Positions 35,501 to 49,136 of a stretch of DNA of 64,000 nucleotides are shown here, piece by piece. The translations under genes were made by a program, and so were the position numbers. Source of the stretch: Blasia pusilla (taxonomy: Eukaryota); contig CM114271.1 of the NCBI GenBank assembly GCA_050084515.1, forward strand, positions 21,080,001-21,144,000, read 5' to 3'. The notes below the pieces were generated by a model that had not been told where the DNA came from, did not search any database, and worked only from the letters and a program-made list of their open reading frames with translations. Numbering within the stretch: position 1 is the stretch's first letter; each line of letters starts with the position of its first letter.

Positions 35501-37546
35501 AACTCTTGCTCTAGCTCCGATAAGTGTATTGGTCTCAGCTTGGCTAAGTATATCAATATTTTATCAGGTGACGAAGGATTTTCCTGATAGTTAGTCTGAT
35601 TCCTGCTGCTACCTAACAGCAGACGAGGGCGTAAGTGGATGCACATACGCTGGTACTGTTTTTCTGCGACCTTTTCATCTCACAGTCTGTCTCTGCAGGT
35701 GTGAACATTGTTGACTCATCCTTAAAGCAATCTGAGCAGAGCCTTTTATTCTACTCATGGCCCTATACCACCTAGCTGTACGAGTAGTATGGGTCTGATC
35801 TTGCAGATCTTCGTAGTAATCTGGAACATCAGACCCATACACCCTTTTATGCAAAACGTTTTGGACATAGAACTCCTCCCTAAGGTAACCCCGTGGTGGT
35901 GAGCGTCCATGGGAGGGCACAAATTCCTATGAAACTAGATTAGCGAGCACAACATCTGATTCTATCTGGATTTCCAACGCCTTCCAAGGCCACAACTCAG
36001 TCAAGCCGATGATGTACCAGTGCACAAGAAGACTGCATTTTTCCCTCTTACTAGGTCCTAATAGCAAGGGCTTTGCCATTCTATATTTAAGCGAAGATAA
36101 AATTAAACCCTCATATTGTTGTTCTCACTCCAATCTTCTGAGTGGGATTCAGTACGACGAGTCTGTTCTAGAACCTCAGAACCTGTGTCTATTGGCCCGG
36201 AACAACGGATCCATCATGGCAAGGGGTGGTGGGAGCGACCATTGAAAGGAACTCGAACCCTGGATGCTCGAACGTCGAGATATGGAAAGCTTGAAAGTGG
36301 ATCCCAAATGCTGCAGGCACTTCAATCTCCTCGTTCGGAGTAACATTCAGTAACTGTGAGGTCACGTTGAGCTGGTACAAGAGCTGCCAACTTGGAAGTA
36401 TCCTCACTGCATGGGGCTGCCTAGTAGAAGGAAAGTTCCAAACTTGTCCGATTGTGATCGGGAGTATTTGGACAATCCAAAATTTCAAATTCTGCATTAC
36501 TGGGAAGCCAAGCGACTTCTGCATTAGAAAGTGTTCCTAAGGGTTTGTCAAATAAAAGGGTAGGTTCTTATTCGTTACCCTTAACTCAGTCCTAACTCAG
36601 GCTGAAGCAAATTGAGCCAGGATGTGCATTCAGCTTTGGAAGCCAACAGAGTTTAGTGAAGCATGAGAAACGGGTGATCAATGCTTTAAGGCTCATGAAG
36701 CGGGTTCGACTTAAGACTGAAGTTTCATGTTTAACGAAATTCTTTTGAGCATGTTTATGAAACCAGCCCTGTGAATCTCTCGGTTGGTTATAAGCGATTC
36801 TAGTGCACTCCACAAGATAAGATTTTTCAAATACGTGAGGGTTACGAAGCTGTGAAATGTGTGCACATCGTGGTTTCCGTGACAAATCTGAACATCAATC
36901 AGGAGAATATCAGAACTTCCACATCTATCATATATGGGCAAATGCTGCCTGTGTCGTGCAAGACTCGCTGGGCTGTAACTACAAGAACCACAAAAAAACT
37001 TCCAAAAGGTAATGATTTCTGAATGGATGAATCAATCATAGATATAGAAATTTGATAGCATCACGCTGTTCTAAAAAGAACTGATACGGTAATCTGTTCA
37101 AGATTGGGAACCCAGGTTCCTATGGAGAATACTTATAGTTAAAATTGGAACATTCCCGTTGTTTATTGGTTTGTTTGTTTGTTTACTACACTACCTCCAG
37201 CTTGGTTGAATTTATCATGAGATTACGTGCTGTTCTTCTTTTTGGCGAGTCTTTCCCGCATGATACCTCCCATCACCATAAACAGTCGAGCTCCTTGTGC
37301 GCTTTCTGTTCTAAGCGGGTTCTTTCTGTCTCTCTGTCACATGGATCTGAGAAGCTCTTGTTTTTGAAGAGGAGGAGGGCCGTGGCTCCACCCGTTTGCC
37401 CTCGATCACCAATCACCTTAAGGTAGGCTGCAGAAGCTGCAGATGTGACGAACAAGACTCCCATCTATCGTCAAGCCCGCGCCTGTTCGTCCTCGGGTTA
37501 GTGTGTGAGACGGGTTAGAAATGAGTTAGGCAGCTCGAGTGGCGCC

Positions 37547-37745
37547 ATAGAAGGAGTGGGAGTGGCGCGGGCGCGGGAGGGATTGGACGTGATGCACGCG
37601 ATAGCGTCGCTGTTAAATACAAGATTAAGTCGACACTCGCTCTCAATTTTGGTCGCGCTCTGTGAGCACGGCGCGAATCCCGAGGGGCTAGCTTTGTTTT
37701 GTGAAGGAGATGCGCGTGGAGGCGTTAGCGCTAGAGTCCAGGACA
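37547..37745 (+). pseudogene. GIP1: Mitotic-spindle organizing protein 1 (MOZART1/GIP1) homologue, apparently disabled
   Basis: AREGLDVMHAIASLLNTRLSRHSLSILVALCEHGANPEGLAL-[+1 T]-FVKEMR matches the GIP1 pattern ARESL...SNILDTGLDRHTLSVLIALC..GVNPEALA.VVKELR. The expected start reads ATA at 37547. Confidence 0.8.
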
Positions 37746-40700
37746 AACACACAAGCTGAAGAAAATTGGGAGGACGTAGAGGGAGATACAGTAGGACGTT
37801 CTCTCTGTAGAATTGAGCGCGAGGTGAAGGAATGCTCCAACTTCCCTCATGATATACGTCGAAAGGAAAAAATAGGTGAGCGTTCGGTCTGCCATGATGT
37901 TGATCGATATGGGACGTCTGGAATTGTTTTGATACGACAGAGCGATTGTCGTCGTTCCTTGACATTCACATCGTCGTGACCACGTTTGTGGCTCTATTCC
38001 ACGAGTTCTCGGATCGTTTGCGCTACTTTTTCAATTTGTCTCGTAAACACGTCTCCAATATCCGCCAAGGTTTGAATCGAATCAGAGAGGAATAGTTGGA
38101 AAGACTTGACTGAAGGAGTCACACGCCATAGAAACATCAAGAGAGACTCGTCAAAATATTCTGACGTCTGGGACTCGATCAGATGTCTTCAGATATAACA
38201 ATAAGTGTAGAAAAGTCCGAGCTGAAGTCGAGCGGCGAGCAGGAAATAAGAATGGCCGGGAGAGGTTTCTACAGCAGAGGAATGTTAAGCTATCAAATAG
38301 GATCTGCCTGTAAAGAAATCGGATGAGAATTCGACCGGCGAAAAGGAGATAAAAATGGCTATTGTAGTGAGACTTCTTACTAAGTAGTGCATGTTGTAGC
38401 CTTGCAACCAGGATGGTGAGAGAGAGAGACCACGATGGTATTCGTTCCGTGAGGGAGGTGCGAGAGTGCACAGTTACTAATGTCTGGAAATGCCCCATCG
38501 TCCTATATTTAATCTGAGAGGATATGAATTGCGTTGATTTTGTGTTGTGGCTTTCACCATCGCAGGTTTTTTTTTTCCTTTTTTGCATCTATCGCCGAGA
38601 AGAGAGATAGACCGTGATAGGGATGTCAGCTGTGTTAAGGTCGTGTGGGGTTGATAGTACTTTCTAACAGAGAATTCATGACTGACTGCTCTACTTGTGG
38701 CCATGAAACGCAGAGGTAATCTTATAAGTAATAAGGCTCATCGTCCAGGAAATTTGTTTTAGTAGGGCCTTTCTTCCTGGCTGATACAGCAGATTCCTTT
38801 CACTCCTTTCTGGGGAATCTCGATCGCCAAGCTTGTCTACCTACGGATGTAAAGCCCTGGCCCGGCAAGGCTGTGTGGTTTGTCTCGATAGATGGAAGAC
38901 GGTGGATTGTTCCAACTTTGCTTTGCAGGCTTCCGTCGCTCAGCGATCTTCCTCTTATATTCACTTCTGAACTCCCAGCGCCTACTCCTGACGCTTGCTG
39001 CCCAACGGTAGGTCTGACAGTTGTATTCACGGAGGAACACAAGCTCTAAATCGAGTCTGCCCACGGTTTAATGACCGGGGCGCAGCATTCACAGTTCACC
39101 AACACTCTCTGGCTGCATTGACTGACACCCGGGTTGCATTCACCAGCACTCACTGTTCGTGAATCTTTAGCAAACGGATCTCAAGAACAGTCACTAGCGC
39201 TCACCCCATGCGACGGGAAAAACCGAGGCTTCGTGAGACCGCATGGAAGCATCGTGCTTTGCTCTAGTTAGAAAAAGATTGATCGCAATTCTCAACATCC
39301 CGTCGAAGTTTCGTCTCACCGTCGAAGAGTTATTGGCTAACATTCCGCAGCGTCCGCGAAATGCTCCGCTCTGAAATTTCAAGGCAATCACTGTCAGCTA
39401 GAAACCTCAGTTACTGATGCTGAGCTGATATCGTGGTCAACTTATCTGCGAATCGTCTCAGCAGACCGAAATCCACATCTCCGCTCGGCAGAGCTCCACG
39501 AATTGCTACACGACGAGGCGTATCGCCACTAGCCAAGTCAGCCTCCTACTGGCGGCATGTATTCTTCGAGGACAATGATAGAATACATCCCTGTGAAGCG
39601 CACAGTATCTTCTGCCGACACCGTGAGGTCTTTCGAGGTCAAGCGCACAGTGTTTCCTGACGACATAGGGACCCATATAGGGAGGTCTCTACCTGACAGT
39701 GGCCGTCTGAGATGTACGGTGCACTGTCCCCTAAGTCCTCGCTGTACGTCACCTACCATCCGTAATCTGCCTGGATCAATGCTCGGAAAGAACCGGCATT
39801 CTTTGTAAAAGCAGCCGGTTGAGAATGAGTGATTTCCGATTCAAGTCTGAAACTTTAGGAAATTTTCCGACGTGAAAAGTAGATTTTCTTTGTTAAATTT
39901 TTAAAAAACCGGCTACCATGGTGAAATTGCCGATTACCTTGATCTTTCTCTCGGAAAAGTACCGGTATGCGTCAAAATCCTTGCCGAGCACTGGCCTGGA
40001 TTCATAGTATAAGTGGCACAGAGCACCTATCCAGGGTATACGATTGCGTCTCTTATTGCAATGCACGATTACACGGAGTATCCACAGCCTAATGTTGCGG
40101 ATTTCTAAACCTACGAGAGAGGCTACGCCGCTTCTTCATTCAGATGCCTTCCGGTGCGAGAGTCTTCTAGTTTCCCTGTGAGTTTCCCAAGGTTGAAAGT
40201 AAGACAATACAGGTATAAAGTATCTTGAAATTTTGTGCTAGTGTGCGATCAAAAATCGAATTCGTAGGCCAGGACTGGTGTAGTCACTGTGGTCTACCAT
40301 CGCACGAGACGCACGCGCCACTACACCTTCTGTCGATTCATCGCCGTATTTCTTTCTTTCATTTTACATTCGTGTTTTCGGTGGTCCCAACCCAAAAGCA
40401 TTACAAATCCTGCATATGTACGTACGAAGTTGGACAGTCGGGACCTAATCTTTGCGTTTGAAAATATTTCGTTAGTCGTGTGACAAAGTATTACTCTGAG
40501 GTTTTCAGAATCCTAGTGAGTGTAGAAATCGTCCGGTAAAAAGTGGCGAGGAGTCGCTTATCTAGAGAATTGATTATTAGTTCTTGCTTCTTGATTGACG
40601 TCGATCAGAAAGCTGGAGGACATCAGATGAGATGGACCTCCGGAGTTCGAGTGGCTACAAGTCATGCCAACATGGCGTGTAGCCGGTACCGGTACATTGG

Positions 40701-41380
40701 GAGAATGGATGTGTAGCGGATCGTTAGGCTGTAAGGACTCGGGCGCAGTGCAGGCCGCCCAGAGCCCCAGACGTCCAAAAGCAGAAGCCTGCGCAGACCA
40801 AGGGCGTGTACACCGCTCTATGATCCACTAAGTGCTGAAAAGTACTGGCTGCTGCTGCCGCTGTTGTTGCTTTTCGTTGGCAATCAGAGAAGGTCTCGTC
40901 GTTCGCTCTTGAAGACTTCCGATGCGCTGAAGATCCGTGAGAAGCCAAGATACGACAGCAGACGACAGGACGACAACTGAGATTCTGAAAGATTTGTAGT
41001 CAGATGTGTACAGACCATTTATGGTGCGTCCTCATCTACTGAACGAAGGAAGCTTCGACTGTCCTGGGGCGAGGAACGTCCTTGTAGTCTATTCCTTCGC
41101 GTGCATGCGGCGAAGGACCTCCCTGGAGTCCCTTTTCTCGGGAAGTTCGGCTCCACGCGTCGGATTCGGAGCTAGTTGGAAGATTTTGGATCCGCTTAAG
41201 TAGACTGAGAATTCAGCATCGTGTAGGATTTTCAGCTCAAAATCCTAACGCTTGTGGCAGTTGCTCTGCGGCAGGATTTTCGTCTAGGGCATCGAAATTC
41301 TTGCGTACGTTCGTGAAGTCGAGTAAGTGGGCGCAACCAGGCTCGGAGGCGTTATCATTCGGACCTGTGGAACGGGAATC

Positions 41381-44300
41381 ATGAAACTGAGGCCGTTGGC
41401 CCTGAGTTTTGTAAATAGAAGGAAATCAAGGTGGGCAAGCAGTGGTGTTGATGATGAAGGCGACATCACTACTCAAGATGGTACGGTGGACAGATTTGGG
41501 CACCCGGCGTCGAGAAAGAAAACTGGTGGCTGGAGAGCGGTATCGTTTATCTTAGGTTCGAGCTCTTCCGAATTCTTTATGACAGATCTGTTCTGTTTTG
41601 TTTTGGTTTTTTGTGAAGAGCTGATTTGTCTGTGTGCTCAGAGTACCGGACTCTGCCACAATTTCAAAAATCAAAACTGCTTGTGGAGGTACTGGAGTGG
41701 GACATGAACCGGACAGGCTGATCGATATTTCGCTTCTTCCAAGACCTCTGCTGTTCTGACCGGATTTTTCTGATTCGTTATTCTGATATTCTTCAAAACT
41801 TCACTGCAATTTTAATATCAAACCCTTTTGCTTTTGTCGGAGAAAATCCGAACCAATGACCCGAATTTCACTTTTCCTTACATCTCCTCCCTTCCGATGA
41901 GATTCGAATTGATTTGATTCTCAAGAGGAATCTTCCAATACTGACGCAGTTGTGTTCGTTCACTGCAACCATGTCACAGCGGAACAGGGCATGGCAAACG
42001 TTGCCTTCTTCGGTGTCTCCATCAACCTGGTCATATATCTGACCACCGTGATGCATGAGAACAATGCATCAGCGGCGAATAATGTGAGCAATTGGAATGG
42101 AACGGGTTGGGTATTTCCCCTCATAGTCGCCTTCTTTGCGGACTCCTACTTGGGTCGTTTCTGGGGAGCCGTCGTGTCTTCTGTCATCTACACTCTGGTA
42201 ACGAATCTGTCTTTCAACTACCGAGTCCTGTGCATCCCGTTCTTCAGTCATAAAATCGTACGAACTCCGAATCGTGACGATCAGCCTTGAAGCCTGATTT
42301 GATCGTTCATTCTGGCATTAATCGATGACTAGTTTCTACGAGCCCCATAGTGTTAATATACGCGACGGTTGTTAGGAATTATTTTCGCAACTAGTCTCTT
42401 GAGAATGGCGCCGGAGTGACTGGTTTTGAAATTCTGAAGTATCCTCAACAGGATGAGCACATTCTGGTGTACAGCACAAGAGAATTAGTGACTGGATTTT
42501 AGCCTCAGAAAGGACTGGGTCTTCGACGAGTACATGGATTGTGAGCTTCAAAAGTGTAAGGGTTCCATCCGCTAATAAGGAAGTGACTACATGCAGGGTT
42601 TGGTAATGCTGACAGTAGCAGCAAGTGTCGACTCCTTGAGGCCTCCTCAATGCATCACCGAAGATACCAACTGCCAACATGCTTCGTTGGGCCAGACAGC
42701 ATTCCTGTATGCGGGGCTCTACGTAATGGATTTGGGAGCGGGTGGAGTCCAAGGCACCGTCATAGCTTTTGGAGCGGATCAATTTGACGAGGAGGATGAA
42801 AAGGAAACGGAGCAAAAGCCATCGTTCTTCAACTGGTTTTATCAGACGGTCGTAATAGGTTCTCTGATAGCGAGCACGTTCTTCGTATACATTCAGGAGA
42901 ACTTGAGCTGGGGACTAGGATGGGGCATCTCCAGTGGAGCGCAGATGTTGGGAACTTGGTTTCTAGTTCTGGGATTGCCTTTATATCGTTACCACAAGCC
43001 AGGGGGCAATCCTCTGTCGCGCATGTCTCAGGTGGTGGTGGCGGCCGTGCGAAAACGTCGACTTTCGATGAACGTGGACACCCTCTACGAAGTCGAGGAT
43101 ACAGAGTCTACCATCAAGGGTTCTAGAAGGATTCGACATAGCAACAAATTTCCGTATGTAAAATTTCGATGTCCCCGTTTCGAATGTGCTGTAGGAATGT
43201 GAGGCGCAGTGAGGAAGCCCATGTTGAAGGCCTACCGGGGAATTCGGCATAGCTTTGAAGTTCCTAGTATGCATCTAATTCTTCTGAGTTGTATTGCAAT
43301 CTTCTTACAGTATTCTACATATAGAGACACAAAGAGTTCATCTTATTTCTGGGATTGAATTCGGACTTGGTCTGCAATGCCATGTGCGTTTCTGGTCTGG
43401 CCGTCATCGTGAGCGATTGATTCATGTAGACTCGCCGTGTATTTCAGGTTTTTGGACAGGGCAGCTCTCCCGACCGAGAAAGAGAAGGAAGGGTTGGCCT
43501 GTGCAAGCCCATGGTCCCTTTGCACGGTCACACAAGTGGAAGAGCTGAAATTCCTGCTGCGTGTCCTGCCTATCTTCCTCACGGGCATAATGTACACCAC
43601 TTGCTACAGTCAGATGACGACTCTGTTTATCGAACAAGGGTACACGATGGATCGCAGCTTAGGCTCTTTCAAAATCCCCCCCGCCTCTCTCACCGTCTTC
43701 GAAAGTGTGAGCGTTATCTTTTGGGTCATCGTCTACGACCGTGTGTTGGTGCCATGCTTGCGCCGTCGCACTGGGAATCCACGAGGCATCTCAGAGCTGC
43801 AACGCATTGGCATTGGACTGGCCCTATCTGTGCTCTCCATGACTCTTGCTGCGGTTGTGGCGATCGAGCGTCTGCGCGTAGTGAAAGAGCATGGACTTGA
43901 GGACGACACCGAAACTGCTGTTCCCATGAGCGTCTTTTGGGAAATTCCACAGTATTTCGTGCTGGGTGCTTCGGAGGTGTTCACATACATCGGCCAGTTG
44001 GAATTCTTCTACGATCAAGCGCCAGATGCAATTCGAAGCCTTGGCATGTCCTTGTCCATGCTCACAAATGCATTGGGTAACTTCCTGAGTTCCTTGCTGC
44101 TGACCATTGTAAATCACATCACGAGGCAAGGTGGGAAGCCTGGTTGGATCGCCAACAACTTGAATCGTGGGCGTGTCGACCTCTTCTTTTGGCTTCTGGC
44201 GATTCTGAGTTCAATAAATCTCGTTGCTTTCATTTTCTGCGCTAAACGATACCAGTACATAGTCACAGAAGGGCCCATTAATAGGATTCCTGAAGATTCT

Positions 44301-44426
44301 TATATCAAGAAAACAGCCCAAGATCCGACCAGCGACCAGGTTAAGAATGCCAGTGTGGAATCTGCAGCTTCAGCTCCACATCGCGATTCTGCTCTTTCTT
44401 CAAATGCACATCATTCATCATCTTAG
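41381..44426 (+). CDS. NRT1/PTR family (NPF) transporter, NPF7-like, 4 exons, ~642 aa
   Basis: Exons 41381-41555, 41980-42197, 42597-43153 and 43448-44426 with GT-AG introns in consistent phase (1929 nt). Motifs TGGW, FFADSYLGR, AFGADQFD, FFNWFY, CTVTQVEE, EFFYDQAPD. Confidence 0.95.
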
Positions 44427-45949
44427 CAGCAACGGCTTGCACCTATATGTTCCATTCGGATCCTTCATGATCTCCGGGCCAACAGCACTTGGCAAGCTCC
44501 CTTTTCTCACGACGCTAGCAGATGTAGATGGGATATAGGCTCGAGACTTGGGAGCCAGAAGAGCGACGCGGTGAAGAGGACATGGAAGTTCCCCTTCAAG
44601 CTACTACGAATAAGCACTTCGCCGCCTCGGTGGCTATGGAGGAGTTAGGTCGGATCGGAAATGAACGAGTATACACGATATGTGTGAATCCGCCGGTCTC
44701 TTGTGGAACTGTATAAATCTCCCCCCATGTCCGAGCGGTCTAGATGCCACCAGCCACAATCCAACGAAGGAAGTGCAAGTTAGTCTTACGTATCGCAGTG
44801 CCGGAGCCTGCGTCCAGAAGACTCGATTGAGGTTTCTGGGCATTCTTCACATAGCCTTCATGTCTTGTTGGACCATATTTTTAGAGCATTTTCATCTCGT
44901 AAATGCCGTCTGTCCAGCTCCAATGGGTGAGCGCTTGGAGGACTACACATTGTAGCTAACTCCGGATGTAGACACAGACGATAGCGTTACATCTGCACCA
45001 GTATCTTCGGCACATACTCAGGCGTGCTCTCGCCGATTTTGCATGTGAAGGTTGTCGGAAACACGGCCATCCGCGCAGGAATTCCAGACTTGTTTCCCCT
45101 CGATCAACCGGCGTCCGTGACGTCGTCGTGAATGGATCTACTAATAAATACTGGGCACACTTGACTGGGAGACGCTCTGCTGGAGCCTTTTAACTTCGAA
45201 TCAACCCCCTCACAACTCCGACTCCTCCGACTAGGATGTGTCACCACCGCTCACTAAACATACGATCTTGCCTACGTGAAGCACAACAGCGACGAAACAA
45301 TGAGCCGCAATCGAACTCGAGCCCGCGAACCACCACACACCACACCGGGGCAACAATAATCGGACGATTCCCCGATCTTTACCGCCTCTACAGCCTATCC
45401 ACGTTCATTCCATCAGAAAGTTCACCACTCGGTCCCTTCCCACACGAATTTCCTCCCTTCCCGATGTGGCCGCGCACTGCTTTTGTGAAGGAAGAGTGTC
45501 GAGTATGGCCCGTCACACCATAAAAGCGATCCGTCGTTGTCCCGATCGATACTCCAAGAGAGCGACATACCACCATCGACGAGGACCACTCACCGACTAC
45601 GAGTCGTTCGGGCAGCTCTTATCATCGTGTACGTCTGCTCAGTCATGTCAATCTACTATGCTCAGCTTACCAGGAGAGCCTCAAAACTCGGGCTATTCCC
45701 GGAATTCCATTTCATTTTAACATCGACACTCTCCGAACGATTCTAATACTTCGACCTCTGTTTTGGGAAACTTCTGTCGAAGTAAGACTTTTCAGGGATG
45801 AAGCTAATTTTATAAATTTTCTTTCCATGGGAGGTTTTTGAAAAAAAGGAACATATCGTATGTTAATACATAGTATAGATTAAAAGGAGGGGCGGACTCG
45901 GGAGCGGGAGGGCTGCACGAGTGGAGACTGGGGATGGAGTAAGGGCCAT

Positions 45950-46855
45950 TGCGGGGCTCGAATGTGGTGTCGAGTATAATTCATATGTGAACACACACAA
46001 TTCTTTTAGTTTGATTATGTAACGGCCTCTAAAGATTTTTAAATGAAAGAATGAAAGTTCGTAGTTGTGTCACAATACCCTTCTATAAGGACTCAAATGT
46101 TCCCACGCGGTCAAGGCGGACCTATGTAAACACACGGAATTTGACAACGGAACGGCATCAAAAGAATTTTTAAATGAAAGTTTGTAGTTGTGCCACAATA
46201 CCCCTTTGATCGGGGCTCAAATGTGGGGTCAAGTAAAATTCCCATGCGGACAAGGCGGACATATGTGTTTACATATGTCCAATTATTTTAGCTTGGCAAC
46301 ATAACGTCCTCCGGGTGTGCCACTTTTGAAAGTTTGTAGTTGTGCCACAAGTTCCCACAACACCCCTTTCATCGGGGCTCAAATTTCGGGTCGAGTAAAA
46401 TTCCCACGCGGACAAGAGGGTCTTATGTACGGACATATGTAAACACACACAACCCTTTTAGCTTGACAATGTAACGGCCTCAAAAGATCTTTTAAATGAA
46501 AGTTTGTAGTTGTGCCACAACACCACTTTCATCGGGGCTCAAATGTAGGGTCGAGTAAAATTCCCACATGGACAAGGGGGTCATATGTACGCACATTTGC
46601 AAACATACACAACTCTTTTAGCTTGATAATGTAACGGCCTCAAAAGATCTCTTAAATGAAAGTTTGTAGTTGTGCCACAACACCACTTTCATCAGGGCTC
46701 AAATGTAGGGTCAAATAAAACTCCCATGCAGACAAGGGGGTCCTATGTACGGACATATGTAAACACACACAATTCTCTTAGCTTGAAAATTTAACGGCCT
46801 AAAAGATCTTTTAAATGAATGTTTGTAGTTGTGCCACAACACCCTTTTGATCAAA
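45950..46855 (+). repeat. Tandem repeat, about 6 copies of a ~160-bp unit
   Basis: GTTTGTAGTTGTGCCACAA, or a close variant, at ~46057, 46180, 46332, 46502, 46662 and 46821. Confidence 0.9.
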
Positions 46856-48694
46856 GTTAGCTCTCACACCTCTAACGTTACAATGGACTCTAAAAATATA
46901 ATTTTAAAAAATTTCTAACACTTATTGAGAAGGGGTGGGGAAAAGGGTTGCACCTTGGTTCATAAGCTCGTTCATAAGTCACTTCCAAATTCCAATACTC
47001 TCCATTTTTAACTCAAATCTTTGTTTTTCTTGGAAAATGAAAATAAAAATTTTAAGATCTTAAAGGAAATCACGAGATACTCAACTCTTCAAAAAAATTC
47101 AGAGGATTTTTTCCCAAGAATATTCTTACTCATCATGCAAGATTAGCAACTTTAGCTTAGTATGACTTATTAATTAACTTTTCAATCTAAAATTTAAAGA
47201 CATGGGATTTCTTAGTGAATTGTTACCAATTTGAAACTAAAATTTACCCGACTTGGCTCGTTCTCCTATTTCCATATGATGTGACACAAAGAAGATTAAT
47301 ATTTTTTACTTCAAACACAATTAGACTGTTAGAGTCTTGTTAGGGTATTCGGTATCCCAAATTTGAAAAAAAGAGAGTTGCAAAATGAATATTCAAACTA
47401 GATTGTCAAAGTATACAAATCCAAGATGGAAGTCATGGTTAGAGAAAGAAGTGAAAATTTTGACCTCTTAAGTGTCACTATCGTGCAAGCTAAGACTTGC
47501 CTTTCCCTCTTACGACTTTCATTGTGGGGTCCATTTTTCCTTTCTCAAAGTTGAGAACTTTGCAATTTTTTGTAAGATCTCCTTTTTGCCATCCCTTTTT
47601 CCACTTTGCAAGATATCATACTCTATTCTTCTTAATCTAAGGTTTTCACGAAAAGAAGCATTTTGCAATGCTTTTCTTCTTTGACTTTTCACTTAAATTT
47701 CTCAATCGAATTTTCAATTTTTCTAAAATGAATTCCACCTGTGATTTCAAAATTAATATGATGAAGAAATGAGAAAATTGGAAGCCCAAAAACTTTTCCA
47801 TATGTTTTTGATGTACGGGATGGTGCACTTCACTATTTTCTTAAGGCATGTAGTTATATATGAACTATTAATGAGTTATAATGTTCTCTTTTTTAATGTG
47901 TTCTTTCCTCAAGGTGGGCGCATCTTCTTTTAGAGTTGGAAAAAAAAATTTGTGAAAAAGCATGGGAGAATTTCTTTGTTGTTGATGGATTCTAAGTTCA
48001 TAAAATATTAATGGAAGGGAATGTAAAAGCTGGATATGGTTATGTGTATGTGAAGATTGGAGTAGTTTTTCATTGACATTATGCAAGTGGCACATGATTC
48101 TTAAATTCTTCATGCATCAGAAAATATTGATAGATTTTTTGTTAAATTCAAATACTTGATCAATATTGCAAGGAGTAAAAACTTCCAAAAACAATGCATT
48201 AAAAACTCTAGGCTTACAAAGGAATTTCGGAAATGTGAAAGTTGAAGAATACACACTTTTATGACTTGTCTTTTAATATGTGTTATGTACATGGCCATAA
48301 CCTCTTGAAGACGGCCATCCCTCAATTCTAAACATCATTGATTTCAAATCTTGTTCCGCAAAGTCTATAGTTTCTACTCATATTTAAACTTATAATTCTC
48401 CATCTCAACCAACATCCATTAGATCAAAGGTGATGAAGCAAATTGCGAGTTGTAGACACTTTAGGATTCAAGTTATGATATATATTCTTCTTTGAGACAT
48501 TTACATCCGGCTATATGGAACCATCCTCAATTTTCTCAAATTTACATTCATGATATTGAAAATAAATTAGAGAATCATGAAAGGGCTATATCTTATGATC
48601 TTTAAGTAAATAGCTCTAAAGGGCTATAAGAGATGTTAAATGAATACGATCCCTCTGTGAATATTTTCAACGGATTGCAAATGAGGAAAATAGT

Positions 48695-48985
48695 TATCAC
48701 ATCATAGTTGATTGATTAGTATAGTTCTACTCTATCACCAATGCTAAGATCATAGGATTGTTTGGATATGACTTTTCCCTACCCGATTGGATGAGGTTGG
48801 TTACAACTCCGTTGAGTAAGGATTAACTTTTCCAAACAACTTCTTTCTTTTTTATCAGGTCTTTTTTACCCAATAACCTACGTATGTAGGTTACCTATTT
48901 TGGCTATATATGGGGGGAGAGCTCTTTTAGCTCTTTTCGTGCGCATACATATCACTATCATTGATCAAACATACAACATAGCGCC
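48695..48985. mobile_element. Relic of terminal repeats from the element-B lineage
   Basis: 48755-48823 aligns ungapped (~65%) to repeat A of B, with TATCACATC at the offset of B's TGTCACATC start. 48937-48957 is a 20/21 reverse complement of the B-repeat end. Confidence 0.6.
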
Positions 48986-49048
48986 CTTATTTATTATGTG
49001 TTACCAAAATATATCCAAGAAATGAAAGTATTTCTCACAAACACAAAA

Positions 49049-49052
<4 letters not shown>

Positions 49053-49133
<81 letters not shown>
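49053..49133 (+). repeat. (CT)n microsatellite, ~40 units
   Basis: Read directly from the sequence. Confidence 0.98.

Positions 49134-49136
<3 letters not shown>

Noticed and set aside
33200-36950. Possible decayed Cys-rich (KDZ-like) transposase on the minus strand
   Set aside because: Only weak hints across frameshifts; needs a translated HMM search.
45950-46855. CRISPR-like appearance of the repeated 19-mer
   Set aside because: The intervening sequences are homologous to each other, the context is eukaryotic and there are no cas genes.
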